Below are positions 9,626 to 18,581 of a stretch of DNA of 64,000 nt, one piece after another. The DNA is taken from the NCBI GenBank assembly GCA_963841915.1, contig CAWJEN010000006.1, forward strand, positions 640,001 through 704,000, written 5' to 3'. This DNA is from an uncultured Planctomycetota bacterium (lineage in GTDB: Bacteria; Planctomycetota; Phycisphaerae; Tepidisphaerales; Tepidisphaeraceae). Numbering within the stretch: the first letter of the stretch is position 1; each line of letters begins with the position of its first letter. The position numbers and the translations under genes are program-made. The notes below the pieces were generated by a model that saw nothing but the letters and a program-made list of their open reading frames with translations, did not search any database and had not been told where the DNA came from.

Positions 9626-10776
9626 GAGACGAACCGGCGCGGAAGAGGTGGCTCAGAGGAGGGCGTCCCGCGGGAGGCAACAACAGGCGTTGTCGAGGCC
9701 GGGGCGGGCGGCAGTGTAGGCCGCCGACCCTTGACGTTGATAGATGTAACAGCCGAAAGCACCGCATCGACGCCGACGCGGTCGATGCAACTTCTGGCGT
9801 CGTCGTGCAGGCACGTACCCGTCTGCCAGCAGTCGGGCATCTTCAGCGTCGCGTCGTCGCGGTACGGGCAGTCGCACGCCCTACCAAGCCCGCGAGCTTC
9901 GACGTGTCGCGGCAGGATCACGTTGGCACTGCTCGGCCCGAACAGCCCAACCACCGGCAGGCCGACCGCAGCAGCGATGTGCATCAAGCCCGTGTCATTC
10001 CCGACGTACAGGCCGCACCGCTTCAGCAACGCCGCCTGGTGGAGCAACGGCTCAGGCCCCACGACCGTCGCCTGCCTTTGTTCGGAGAACTGCTCTGCCG
10101 CCGATGTATCGTCGCCGCAAAAGACGAATACGCGGCCGTGCTCCGTGGCAAGTTGCTCCAGTACGGCCTCGAACCGCTGGGCCGGCCACCGCTTGAGGTC
10201 GAGCGACGCGACCGGTGCGACCGCCGCAGGCACGTCGTTGCCGACCATGTCATCGGCCCACGCCTCGTCTTCGTCACGAAGCGTCAGCGCCGGACTTGCG
10301 TCTTCGTCAATATCCACGCCCCAGCCCGACGCTGCGGCCAAGGTGGAGGCACGGGTCAAGCCCTCACCGCGTCGGGTGGCTGCGTCCTGCACCGCTTGGT
10401 CGCACTCCACGCTAACGTAGCCGAGCGACCAGATGATCTCTCGGACCGCGGCTGCAGCGTGCAGCGTGTCGAGGACAAGATCGAACCGCCGCTGCCCGTC
10501 CAGCCACGCCGCAAATTCCGGTGCCTCGTTGATGCCGATGTGGTCGACGCCCTTTGACCGGACGTCCACAACCTCATCGACAATGTCACCCGCTTCGAGC
10601 AACTGAGTTGCCGGCGACGCACCGACGGCAACGACATGTGCCCCCGGCGTCACGCGACGCAAAGCGCCAAGAGCGGGCAGCTGCATCACGAGGTCACCGA
10701 TGCCCCAGCGGAGGCACACCAGCACGCGTCTGGCAGCAGCAAAATCATCTCGTCGGTACGGCAAACGAATGGACAC
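9616..10776 (-). CDS. glycosyltransferase family 9 (heptosyltransferase-like)
   Basis: WGIGDLVM, KRWPAQRF and VGNDTGLMHIAAAVGLPVVGLFGPS motifs. Confidence 0.9.
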   Translation of the reverse strand: MSIRLPYRRDDFAAARRVLVCLRWGIGDLVMQLPALGALRRVTPGAHVVAVGASPATQLLEAGDIVDEVVDVRSKGVDHIGINEAPEFAAWLDGQRRFDLVLDTLHAAAAVREIIWSLGYVSVECDQAVQDAATRRGEGLTRASTLAAASGWGVDIDEDASPALTLRDEDEAWADDMVGNDVPAAVAPVASLDLKRWPAQRFEAVLEQLATEHGRVFVFCGDDTSAAEQFSEQRQATVVGPEPLLHQAALLKRCGLYVGNDTGLMHIAAAVGLPVVGLFGPSSANVILPRHVEARGLGRACDCPYRDDATLKMPDCWQTGTCLHDDARSCIDRVGVDAVLSAVTSINVKGRRPTLPPAPASTTPVVASRGTPSSEPPLPRRFVSCV

Positions 10777-10875
10777 GACGCCACCCTAAGACGACCGCCA
10801 GCAGTAACAATCTCCGTCTTTTTGCCGGCGTTCCTGCACGACAAGCTGCCTGCGCCCATGCCACCAGGAGCAGGC

Positions 10876-11613
10876 TTACTCGGTCAACGCCTCGTCGGGA
10901 ATGTCGGCGTTGTGGCTGACGCTTTGCACGTCGTCGTTGTCCTCGAGGTTGTCGATCAGCGTCAGCACCTTGCGGGCCGTCTCGACGTCGAGCTCGATCA
11001 GGTTCTGCGCGATGTTCGTCAGCTCGCTCGACTCCAAAGGCACCTCGGCCGCTTCGAGCGCGTCCTTCACTTGTGCGTAGTTCGTCGCCTCGCAGTAAAT
11101 GACGAAACCCTCGCCTTCGTTTTGTACATCGCTCGCGCCGGCTTCGAGGGCGACGTCCATCAGCTTCTCCTCACTCATCGCGCCGGCGTCGACGGCAAAC
11201 ACGCCCATCAGGTCGAACTGATACGCGACGCTTCCGCTTGTGCCGAGACTGCCACCCGACCGGCCGAAGATAACGCGCATCTCCGGTGCTGTGCGGGCAC
11301 GATTGTCGGTGAGCACGTCGACGAGCACCGCCACACCGGCCGGGCCGTAGCCCTCGTAGACCACATCTTCGTAGTTTTCACCACCGGCTTCGCCACTGCC
11401 CTTGGCGATGGCGTTTTCGATCGTGTGCTTGGGCATGTTGGCCGCCTTGGCCTCGTCGATGACGTAGCGGAGCGAGAGGTTGTCCCGCGGATCGGCACCC
11501 GCCTTGGCCGCGACCATCATCTTCTTGGCGATCTTGCCCCAGACCTTGGCCCGCTTCTTATCGATCGCGGCCTTCTTGTGCTTGATGTTCGCCCATTTGG
11601 AGTGACCTGCCAT
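10876..11613 (-). CDS. yebC: YebC/PmpR family protein
   Basis: Starts MAGHSKWANIKHKK; YEGYGPAGVA and LEDNDDVQSV motifs. Confidence 0.95.
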   Translation of the reverse strand: MAGHSKWANIKHKKAAIDKKRAKVWGKIAKKMMVAAKAGADPRDNLSLRYVIDEAKAANMPKHTIENAIAKGSGEAGGENYEDVVYEGYGPAGVAVLVDVLTDNRARTAPEMRVIFGRSGGSLGTSGSVAYQFDLMGVFAVDAGAMSEEKLMDVALEAGASDVQNEGEGFVIYCEATNYAQVKDALEAAEVPLESSELTNIAQNLIELDVETARKVLTLIDNLEDNDDVQSVSHNADIPDEALTE

Positions 11614-11701
11614 AGACGGGGAATGTAGGGGCTGTCCGAATGCGCCGCCCGAAACACCGCGATCGTCGGGAACCCGGCACTCCGACCTCCGCACACCCCA
11701 T

Positions 11702-11834
11702 TCAGACGTCGACATCCCGCACCGATGCGCCGAACCTTAACGCCCAGGCGTCAAACCTCCGCCTTGCAACGTCTAACCCTCTCGCTCCAACGCCCGACCG
11801 GCAACTTCCACCGTCCAAACGCCGGCTTCCAACG
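11702..11834. repeat. degenerate 21-bp periodic repeat (about 6.3 units)
   Basis: Units such as TGCAACGTCTAACCCTCTCGC, TCCAACGCCCGACCGGCAACT and TCCACCGTCCAAACGCCGGCT keep CG at positions 6-7 and YC at 8-9. Confidence 0.6.
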
Positions 11835-11850
11835 CGTGACCGTCTTCCCC

Positions 11851-11869
11851 AAGGGGGGTCCGACCCCTT
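11851..11869. repeat. REP-like palindrome GGGGTCCGACCCC, copy 1
   Basis: AAGGGGGGTCCGACCCCTT; a near-identical copy lies at 14141-14158. Confidence 0.7.
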
Positions 11870-12002
11870 CCTGCTTCCCCTCGTACACCGCGACGCCGCC
11901 GGCTGGGGCCTGTGCGCCCGCAGCCGCAAGCGCACGCCGGACGTCGGCAGCGACCCCGCCCACCCCGACCTCTCCGCCCGCGACGCGGCGGTGGTGGGGT
12001 GA
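11870..12002 (+). pseudogene. orphan 3' gene fragment of unknown origin
   Basis: About 43 codons, nearly all G/C-ending (LVHRDAAGWGLCARSRKRTPDVGSDPAHPDLSARDAAVVG*), beginning right after the palindrome with no credible start. Confidence 0.45.
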
Positions 12003-12277
12003 GCCACAGGACATACGGAGGCGACGCCGCCAAACAAACGATGTCCCCGTTAAGGCTCGCGGGGCTGCCGACTGCTTCGTCCGCCGCCCGCCCCGACCGA
12101 GCCCGCCCGCCGATTCTCGTGCCGGCCCGTAAAATATGGCGTGTTGGCGACTGCCACGCGTCCGACGCCCGAGAACGAGGGCTTAGAACGCTTGCTACGT
12201 GGCACAGCAGGCGTGTCTCGAATGACGCAGAACCCGTGCTTCGCGACGTAGCACGCGTTCTCAAAGACGCAGCAGAC

Positions 12278-12346
12278 GTAGGTCGTGCTTCAGCACGACG
12301 CGAGGCCCATCCGCTCCCGATCCCGTCGTGGAACGGCACGACCCAC
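12278..12346. repeat. GTAG/GTGG-type REP doublet (REPIN-like)
   Basis: GTAG-GTCGTGCT-TC-AGCACGAC on the plus strand and GTGG-GTCGTG-CCGTTC-CACGAC on the minus strand, inverted relative to each other. Confidence 0.65.
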
Positions 12347-12560
12347 CAGGAAGCACGAGTTCGCGGTCGCCCTTGGGCGACGCTCGCGAACTCGCCCGAC
12401 CCGTCGCCCAGGGGCGAACGCAAATACCCAACAAAGATTTGGCGACGTGGCTGATCGTCTCGCTTGCAACTGAGACCGCTTACCCACACGATCTGTGTTT
12501 GTTAGATTTCCGGGTGGTGGGCCGCGGCCCACTGACGAGCCTTCTTCTCGCTCACAGAAC

Positions 12561-13707
12561 ATGGACCTCATCGACGCCGTTACACGTCTTGCCGCTCGTC
12601 TGCCGCAGCAGATGCCCCTGCTCACAACGGAGGAGGCGACGAAGAATGCTCTCGTCATGCCGCTCATCAACGCCGCTCGGCTACAACGTCTTTGATCCCT
12701 CGGAAGTCGTGCCGGAGTTCACGGCCGATGTCGGCATCAAGAAGGGCGAGAAGGTCGACTACGCGATCTTCATCGACGCAAAGCCGATGATCCTTGTCGA
12801 GTGCAAGACGATCGGGACGCCGCTCGACCTCAAACACGCTTCGCAGCTTTATCGATATTTTTCCACGACGGAAGCGCGGTTTGCGATGCTCACGAATGGT
12901 GTCGAGTATTGGTTCTACACAGACATTGACGCTCCGAACAAGATGGACGCAAAGCCGTTCTTCGAGTTCTCGATGCTCGATGTTTCCGAGCGCTCCGTGA
13001 GCGAGCTGAAGAAATTCTCACGCGCCACCTTCAACCTCGATTCGATTCTTAGTGATGCAAGCGAACTGAAGTACCTCAAGCAGTTGAAGCGGTGCCTTGA
13101 TGACGAGTACGACTCGCCGTCGGAGGACTTCGTTAAGCTTTTGACCTCCCGTGTCTATGAAGGGCAGTTTCGTTCATCAGTGAAGGATCAGTTCACGGCT
13201 CTCGTGACGCGTGCAATCCGCGAGTTTGTGCGTGATCGAGTCAACAGTCGCTTGAAGCAGGCAATCGACGGAAGTGCGACCGTCCAAGATGAGCCGGCCG
13301 AATTGAACGGTAGGGACGAGAGCAATGCTGACGAATCAGCAGACGGGATCATGACGACGGCGGAGGAATTGGAAGCCTTCCACATCGTTCGCGCGATCCT
13401 GGCCCGCGATGTAAGTCCGTCACGGGTTGTGATGCGCGATACCAAGAGCTACTGCGGCGTGCTGCTCGATGACAACAACCGCAAACCGATCTGCCGCCTG
13501 CGCTTCAACCACGGCCAAAAGTATCTGTCGCTTTTCGACGCGCAGAAACAGGAGCAGCGAGTTCCAATCGATCAGCCGACTGACATCTTCAAGCACGCTG
13601 AGGAGCTACACACGACGGTTCTTCGCTACGATGGCAAGCTAGATGACGCATCCGCAACAAGTGAAGCGTCAAGCGAAGTCGTCGCGGCCGAAGAGCCGGC
13701 ATCCTGA
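12561..13707 (+). CDS. type I restriction enzyme HsdR N-terminal-domain (PD-(D/E)xK) protein, frameshifted at about 12674
   Basis: MDLIDAV...TEEATKNALVMPLIN joins LGYNVFDPSEVVPEFTADVGIKKGEKVDYAI...VECK...LTNG after removal of one C; C-terminal RDTKSYCGVLLDDNNRKPICRL. Confidence 0.8.
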
Positions 13708-13745
13708 AGCCGCACCGTTAGGTCGTCTTGACGAGCGTACATCTA

Positions 13746-13925
13746 TCACGCCTCCGGCAGCAGCTTCTCCGGCGTTTGCAGGAGCTGCAGGATCGCGTTG
13801 AGGCCGCCGACGGCCGTGCCGCCGTCGACGACGCGGTGGTCGCAGGTCAGGCTCAGGGGCAGCAGCTTGCCGACGCCTAACATGCGGTTCTTCACCACCA
13901 CGCCCTCGCGGCCGCGGCCGACGGC
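13746..13925 (-). pseudogene. 3' fragment of a 2-oxoacid dehydrogenase E2 gene (diverged copy of 36001-36180)
   Basis: Encodes AVGRGREGVVVKNRMLGVGKLLPLSLTCDHRVVDGGTAVGGLNAILQLLQTPEKLLPEA*; the intact gene ends AVGRAREGVVVKGGLMGVGKLLPLSLTCDHRVIDGGTAVGGLNAILQLLQNPDSLMPES*. Confidence 0.9.
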
Positions 13926-14007
13926 GTGGCCACGACCCGGGTCAGAAACGGGAACATCGCTCGTCTCGTCACCGAGCTACTCCCGAGCCAGCACTTTGCT
14001 TGGGGTC

Positions 14008-14133
14008 CTACGTCATGATGAGTTCGAAACCGACAAGGCGCTCGCGGCGGTTGATGACGGCGTGGGCAACGACGGTGTAGACGGATAGGAGGATCAGCAC
14101 CGGAACACCGGCGAGGATGCCGAGGCCGACGTG
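14008..14133 (-). pseudogene. probable 3' fragment of a membrane protein gene
   Basis: HVGLGILAGVPVLILLSVYTVVAHAVINRRERLVGFELIMT*: one TM helix, coding-like codons, starting just after the palindrome at 14141. Confidence 0.45.
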
Positions 14134-14140
14134 GCTTAGC

Positions 14141-14158
14141 AAAGGGGTCCGACCCTTT
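14141..14158. repeat. REP-like palindrome, copy 2
   Basis: AAAGGGGTCCGACCCTTT. Confidence 0.7.
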
Positions 14159-14198
14159 ATCTGCTCCACGGCACCCGAACCGTGACGACGTGGTGAGC

Positions 14199-14797
14199 TC
14201 AGCGAGCCGACGGAGCAGGCAGGTGGCGGCGAGTGTCGCGACGGCGGCGGAGGCGGGTTCGGGGACGATTGTGACCGTCAGGTCCGTGCCGTTCGAGAGC
14301 GTCGTGGTATAGGAGCCGCTGTCGAAGAAGCCCAGCTCGCCGATCGTCGTGTCGGTGTAGATCGAGGAGCTCGCGAGCGGATCGCCAGAGACAAAACCCG
14401 CTGGCACGTAGACGCTGACGCCGCCGCCGAAGAAGGGGATGCGTTGGGCGAAGCCGACGTAATCGCTTCGCGTCGGGCCGACAACGCCGTCGGGGGAGGC
14501 AGTAGCGAGGAAGCCGTCGCCGAACGCAGTCGCATTCATGGTATTTTCGATGAAGAGCAGCGCGTTCGGGTCTTCGGCACCCGTCATGATCGCAGGTGCG
14601 TCGGGAATGACCGTCAGGTCCGGCGGGCCGAAGGCGAGGCTGTCCGGCGTCAGACCGGTCAGGTCGATGCTGCCGGAGCCGGTGATGACAACGTCGTCGC
14701 CGACCTGGTCGACGAGGTACGCAAAGTCGGCGGAGGCAGCGGAGGACAAAGCAGCCACGGCAGCGGTAGCAAGGATCATTCGGTGGATCATGTGCAT
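14199..14797 (-). CDS. PEP-CTERM sorting-domain protein (probable 1-nt deletion just before the stop)
   Basis: Signal peptide, then VPEPASAAVATLAATCLLRR. Adding one G (CGT CGG CGT CGC TGA) restores RRRR* with the stop at 14199-14201. Confidence 0.8.
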
Positions 14798-14916
14798 TTT
14801 CTCGTTCTCGTGATGAGCATCAGCGGATGCGAACCGGTCGCACTCGCTCCCCTCATTAAGTCAAACTACCTTGATCGGTGGACCGCGTGTGAGCAAGCGC
14901 GAGATTCGCCGAGCTC

Positions 14917-15474
14917 TGGTGCTACGGTCTGAGCCGCATTCCGATGCGGGCAAACCGTGTCGAAGACCGTGTTGCGCTGACTGGCGTCGCCGACACGGCT
15001 TGCCCGCCGCAGACGGCGGCTCAAGCCGTGGCACCAGGCATCTTGCACGACCCACATCTCATTCTGCGCGATCAGGAGCCAACCTTGCGCGACCACGAAC
15101 CAGACTTGCGCGGGAACAATAAGAGAATGCAGCTTGGTGCCACGGTTTGAGCCGCATTCCGATGCGGGCAAACCGTGTCCGGGACCGTGTTGCGGCGCAC
15201 TACGTCACCGACACGGCTTGCCCGCCGCAGACGGCGGCTCAAGCCGTGGCACCAGGCATCTTGCGCGACCCACATCTCATTCTGCGCGATCAGGAGCCAA
15301 CCTTGCGCGACCACGAACCAGACTTGCGCGGGAACAATAAGAGAATGCAGCTTGGTGCCACGGTTTGAGCCGCATTCCGATGCGGGCAACCCGTGTCCGG
15401 AACCGTGTTGCGGCGCACGACGTCACCGACACGGCTTGCCCGCCGCAGACGGCGGCTCAAGCCGTGGCACCAGG
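14917..15474. repeat. 218-bp tandem array of three inverted REP-like doublets (BIME-like) with 21-bp-periodic linkers
   Basis: Units start at 14917, 15135 and 15353. Arm TGGTGCCACGGTTTGAGCCGCATTCCGATGCGGGCAAACCGTGTC with inverted partner GACACGGCTTGCCCGCCGCAGACGGCGGCTCAAGCCGTGGCACCA. Confidence 0.92.
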
Positions 15475-15485
15475 CCCTTGACCCC

Positions 15486-16169
15486 TCATCTGTCCTTAGC
15501 TTTCTCCTCTGCCCACTTGTCTTCGCTCATCTGCCACCAGCCCTTCTTTTCCTTCGGCGGCTCCTGCAACCCAACCCCGACGCTGTAGGTGTACTGCCCT
15601 TCGCCGGTAGCGTTGTAGATGATGATAGATCTCGAGAAGCCGTTGACCACGGCCGACTCAAGGCGCACCATGTTCGTCGACATGTTGATGTCGAAATTTC
15701 GGTCGCTCGTGGCGAGACGCAGCCAGCGGTCGACCTTGTCCTGGTTCTCGACGCTCCAGCATCCCCACTGGTTCATCGCGGCCTTCACCCGGACCGCGTT
15801 CTCCTCGGCATCGCTGCCGTGCATCAGGAACTTGAGAGCGAGAATCTCGCCGTCGTCGGTCTGCCGGACCTGAACCAGATCCGGCTCGATCAGGTGCGTC
15901 TCGCCGCTCGGCAAGATGAGCTCCACCCGGTCGGGTTCGAGGTACGTCGGCCCCTGCCCCGGCTGGTGCGGGCGGACCGGAACCCCGACCTCCCGCGGGT
16001 GCCGTTCGTCAGTGATGTGCCAGCGGACGACATCCCGCGACGGGTCCGACACCTCCATGGCGGACCACACGAGGCAGGGTAGGGTCGCAACGGCGACTAC
16101 CAGAATGCCACACGCTGAAAGTAAAGCTTGCATTGAAACGTGTTTCGGCCGTGACGGCTCAGGGCCCAT
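15486..16169 (-). CDS. hypothetical protein with N-terminal hydrophobic anchor
   Basis: 227-aa ORF with coding-like codon use in the body; start uncertain. Confidence 0.6.
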   Translation of the reverse strand: MGPEPSRPKHVSMQALLSACGILVVAVATLPCLVWSAMEVSDPSRDVVRWHITDERHPREVGVPVRPHQPGQGPTYLEPDRVELILPSGETHLIEPDLVQVRQTDDGEILALKFLMHGSDAEENAVRVKAAMNQWGCWSVENQDKVDRWLRLATSDRNFDINMSTNMVRLESAVVNGFSRSIIIYNATGEGQYTYSVGVGLQEPPKEKKGWWQMSEDKWAEEKAKDR

Positions 16170-16186
16170 TCGGAGTAGATGGAGCC

Positions 16187-16217
16187 GGGTGCCACGACAC
16201 GACGTGCAGTGACACCC
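16187..16217. repeat. short GGGTGCCAC...GTGACACCC inverted repeat (collapsed member of the array family)
   Basis: Ends match the GGTGCCAC/GTGGCACC termini of the 14917-15474 units. Confidence 0.5.
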
Positions 16218-16246
16218 AACGGCTCAAGAACCACCGCGCCACGGCG

Positions 16247-16528
16247 TCAGGGCGTGACGCGGCCCAGCACCGTCGCCAGATCCCCGCGGAGCAGGGCGGC
16301 GGGGTCGAGGATCAGGCCGGGGAAGAGGTTGCTTTCGACAAGGCCGTCGGCGTCGGGCGTTATGGCGAGGTAGCGGTCATACTGGCGTGTGACTCGCCGT
16401 GCGTGAACGGAACGTCGCTGCGGATGACGACCGTGCCGTTGAGGAGCTGCGCCCGCGTGTGGGGCATCTGCTCGTAGCGACGCATGAACGCGTCGGCTGT
16501 TCATTGATCACCAGTCTCGCAACAGCAT
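16247..16528 (-). pseudogene. Uma2 family endonuclease pseudogene (internally deleted)
   Basis: N-terminal ETGDQ*TADAFMRRYEQMPHTRAQLLNGTVVI...HGESHA fused out of frame to C-terminal YLAITPDADGLVESNLFPGLILDPAALLRGDLATVL; the catalytic middle is missing. Confidence 0.7.
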
Positions 16529-16546
16529 GGCGACCACTGTACAGAC

Positions 16547-17440
16547 TTATGGAATGACCTTGTTCAGCGGATAGCTGAAGATCTCCGTCGCGCCGGTCCG
16601 CTTGAGTTGCGGGATGAGATCGCGTTCGAGGTGTTCGTCGATGATGACCTCGACCGCGTAGCCGCCGTCGTGGGTTTCGTTGACGGTGGGGCTTTTCAAG
16701 GCCGGCAGCATGGCGACGACGGCGCCGAGGGCTTCCTTCGTCACATTGAGCTTGAGCCCCACCTTGCCGCGGGCGGCGATGGCGCCGGTGAGGAGCATCG
16801 CGATGTTCTCCATCTTTTCGCGTTTCCAGTCGATCTCCCAGGCGGCTTTGCTGGCGATGAAGCGGATCGTGCTCGTCAGCAGCGTGTCGATGATCCGCAG
16901 GTTGTTGGCCCGGATGCTGCTGCCGGTTTCGGTCAGATCGACGATCGCGTCGCAGATGCGGGCTTTGATCTCGGTCGTGCCCCACGAGAATTCGGTGCGC
17001 GGCAGCGGGTCGATGCCCTTGCTCTCGAAGTAGCGGCGGGTCGTGTTGACGATCTCGGTCGCCACGAGCTTGCCGGCGAGGTCTTCGGGCTTCTCGATCG
17101 GCGACTCCTGCGGCACGGCGAGCACCCAACGGGCGGGCTGACGCGTGGCACGGCTGTAGGTGAGCTCGCAAACTTCGACGACGTCGTCGGCGTTGCCGTT
17201 TTCGACGATCCAGTCGTGGCCGGTCAGACCGCAGTCGACGAGGCCGTCGACGACGTAACGGCTCATCTCCTGGGCACGGAAGAGGACGCACGACATCTTC
17301 TCGTCGTCGATGGTGGGAAAGACGCTGCGGTCGCGGGCACGAATGTGGTAGCCGGCCCGGTCAAAAAGCTCGTACGTCGACTTCTGCATCGAGCCTGATG
17401 GCAGGCCGAGGCGGAGGGTATTGAGGGGTAAAACGCTCAC
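16547..17440 (-). CDS. hisG: ATP phosphoribosyltransferase (long form)
   Basis: LGLPSGSMQ, FRAQEM, FSWGTTE and DAIVDLTETGSSIRANNL motifs; C-terminal regulatory domain. Confidence 0.96.
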   Translation of the reverse strand: MSVLPLNTLRLGLPSGSMQKSTYELFDRAGYHIRARDRSVFPTIDDEKMSCVLFRAQEMSRYVVDGLVDCGLTGHDWIVENGNADDVVEVCELTYSRATRQPARWVLAVPQESPIEKPEDLAGKLVATEIVNTTRRYFESKGIDPLPRTEFSWGTTEIKARICDAIVDLTETGSSIRANNLRIIDTLLTSTIRFIASKAAWEIDWKREKMENIAMLLTGAIAARGKVGLKLNVTKEALGAVVAMLPALKSPTVNETHDGGYAVEVIIDEHLERDLIPQLKRTGATEIFSYPLNKVIP

Positions 17441-17464
17441 GAGCGAAGGTAGGCCATCAGCGAT

Positions 17465-18100
17465 TCAGGATGACGCGCGCACGGCGGCAAAGATCGTGCG
17501 ACAGTCGTCCACCTTTAGATTCTGCTCGCAAAACTTCGCCGTCTCGGCCAGCGTCGCGTCGGCATCGATGGCCTTGTGCTTGAGCAGCAACTGCCGCGCC
17601 GCCTCGTCGATCGGAAGCACGCCAAAGTCACTGGCGAAGAGGGCAACATGTGCTTCGACGTACGCCAGATCTGCGGCCGGCTCGTCGTGGTCGCCGATGA
17701 TGGCACGCCGCATCGCCGGTCGGATCTCTCTGCGGCTCAGGCCGACGACGCGGTCGAGCGTCAGCCGACCCTCGATGTCGAAGATCTGGGACAAGGCGTC
17801 GTGTATGAGCGACGCCCGCTGATCCGACTCGGCCTCGGTGTACTGGTCCGAGAGCAGGTCGACGAGTTCGAGATCGGTGCACGCCCGCAGGTCGTTGAGA
17901 TCGACAAACTCGTCCTCGATGGCGGCCATCGATGCGGCGGCTTTAGACTCGGCGGCGTCGTAGCGAAGGGCACCGAGCACGACGGCCGCCAGTGGCTTGG
18001 GCTTGACGTCGTCGCCGAAGTACGGCTCGATGGGGTGATTCTTTCCGAGCTTGGCGGCGAGGGCCTTGAGCACGGGGGCAAACTTGGCTGCGTTCTTCAT
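17465..18100 (-). CDS. hypothetical protein (possible HhH-GPD/endonuclease III-like fold)
   Basis: Translationally coupled to rbfA; FVDLNDLRAC segment; helical. Confidence 0.6.
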   Translation of the reverse strand: MKNAAKFAPVLKALAAKLGKNHPIEPYFGDDVKPKPLAAVVLGALRYDAAESKAAASMAAIEDEFVDLNDLRACTDLELVDLLSDQYTEAESDQRASLIHDALSQIFDIEGRLTLDRVVGLSRREIRPAMRRAIIGDHDEPAADLAYVEAHVALFASDFGVLPIDEAARQLLLKHKAIDADATLAETAKFCEQNLKVDDCRTIFAAVRASS

Positions 18101-18534
18101 GCGTCCCCCGCCTCCGGTGCGGCGTCGGTGGCTGGTTTCTCCGGAGCCGGCGGCTCGTCGTTGACATTCTCGGCAGGCGGGTCGACCATCTCGTCGGACG
18201 CCTTCTGGATCAACTCCAGCACCGCCACCTCGCGGCGGTACTGCTCGTCAATGTGGAAGCGGAGCAGCGGCACGGTACGGGTGGCCATGGCCTTGCCGAG
18301 CCGTCCGCGGAGCATGCCGGCAGCACTCTTAAACGCCTGCAACGCCGCCGACTGCTTGCCGGGCGTGCCCATGAGCACGAGGTAGACATCAGCCGTCGCC
18401 ATATCTTCGGCGACTTTGACGCGGTTGACGCTGGGCAGAGTGCCGACCAGACGCGGGTCGTTCAGGTCGCGCTGGACCGCCTCCATGATCTCTTGTCGGA
18501 TGGCGCTGCCGAGACGTTCAGTTCTTCGCGACAT
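18097..18534 (-). CDS. rbfA: ribosome-binding factor A
   Basis: MSRRTERLGSAIRQEI...DPRL...RTVPLLRFHID. Confidence 0.92.
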   Translation of the reverse strand: MSRRTERLGSAIRQEIMEAVQRDLNDPRLVGTLPSVNRVKVAEDMATADVYLVLMGTPGKQSAALQAFKSAAGMLRGRLGKAMATRTVPLLRFHIDEQYRREVAVLELIQKASDEMVDPPAENVNDEPPAPEKPATDAAPEAGDA

Positions 18535-18581
18535 ACGGACGGGCAGCGTAGGCGCGGCCGGTGGGGAGGAATTGTTGGCGA

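Noticed and set aside
13746..13925. DGR template/variable repeat pair with 36001-36180
   Set aside because: The differences are mainly third-position and not adenine-specific, and no reverse transcriptase is in the window.
13892..14198. 100-aa C-terminal extension after the PEP-CTERM motif
   Set aside because: Better explained by a 1-nt deletion just before the natural RRRR* stop.
14917..15474. CRISPR array
   Set aside because: The 218-bp period, near-identical linkers rather than unique spacers, and absence of cas genes fit a REP/BIME-type array.
14861..15588. Short ORFs overlapping the tandem array
   Set aside because: They are translations of the repeat in shifting frames (the period is not a multiple of 3) with no coding signal.
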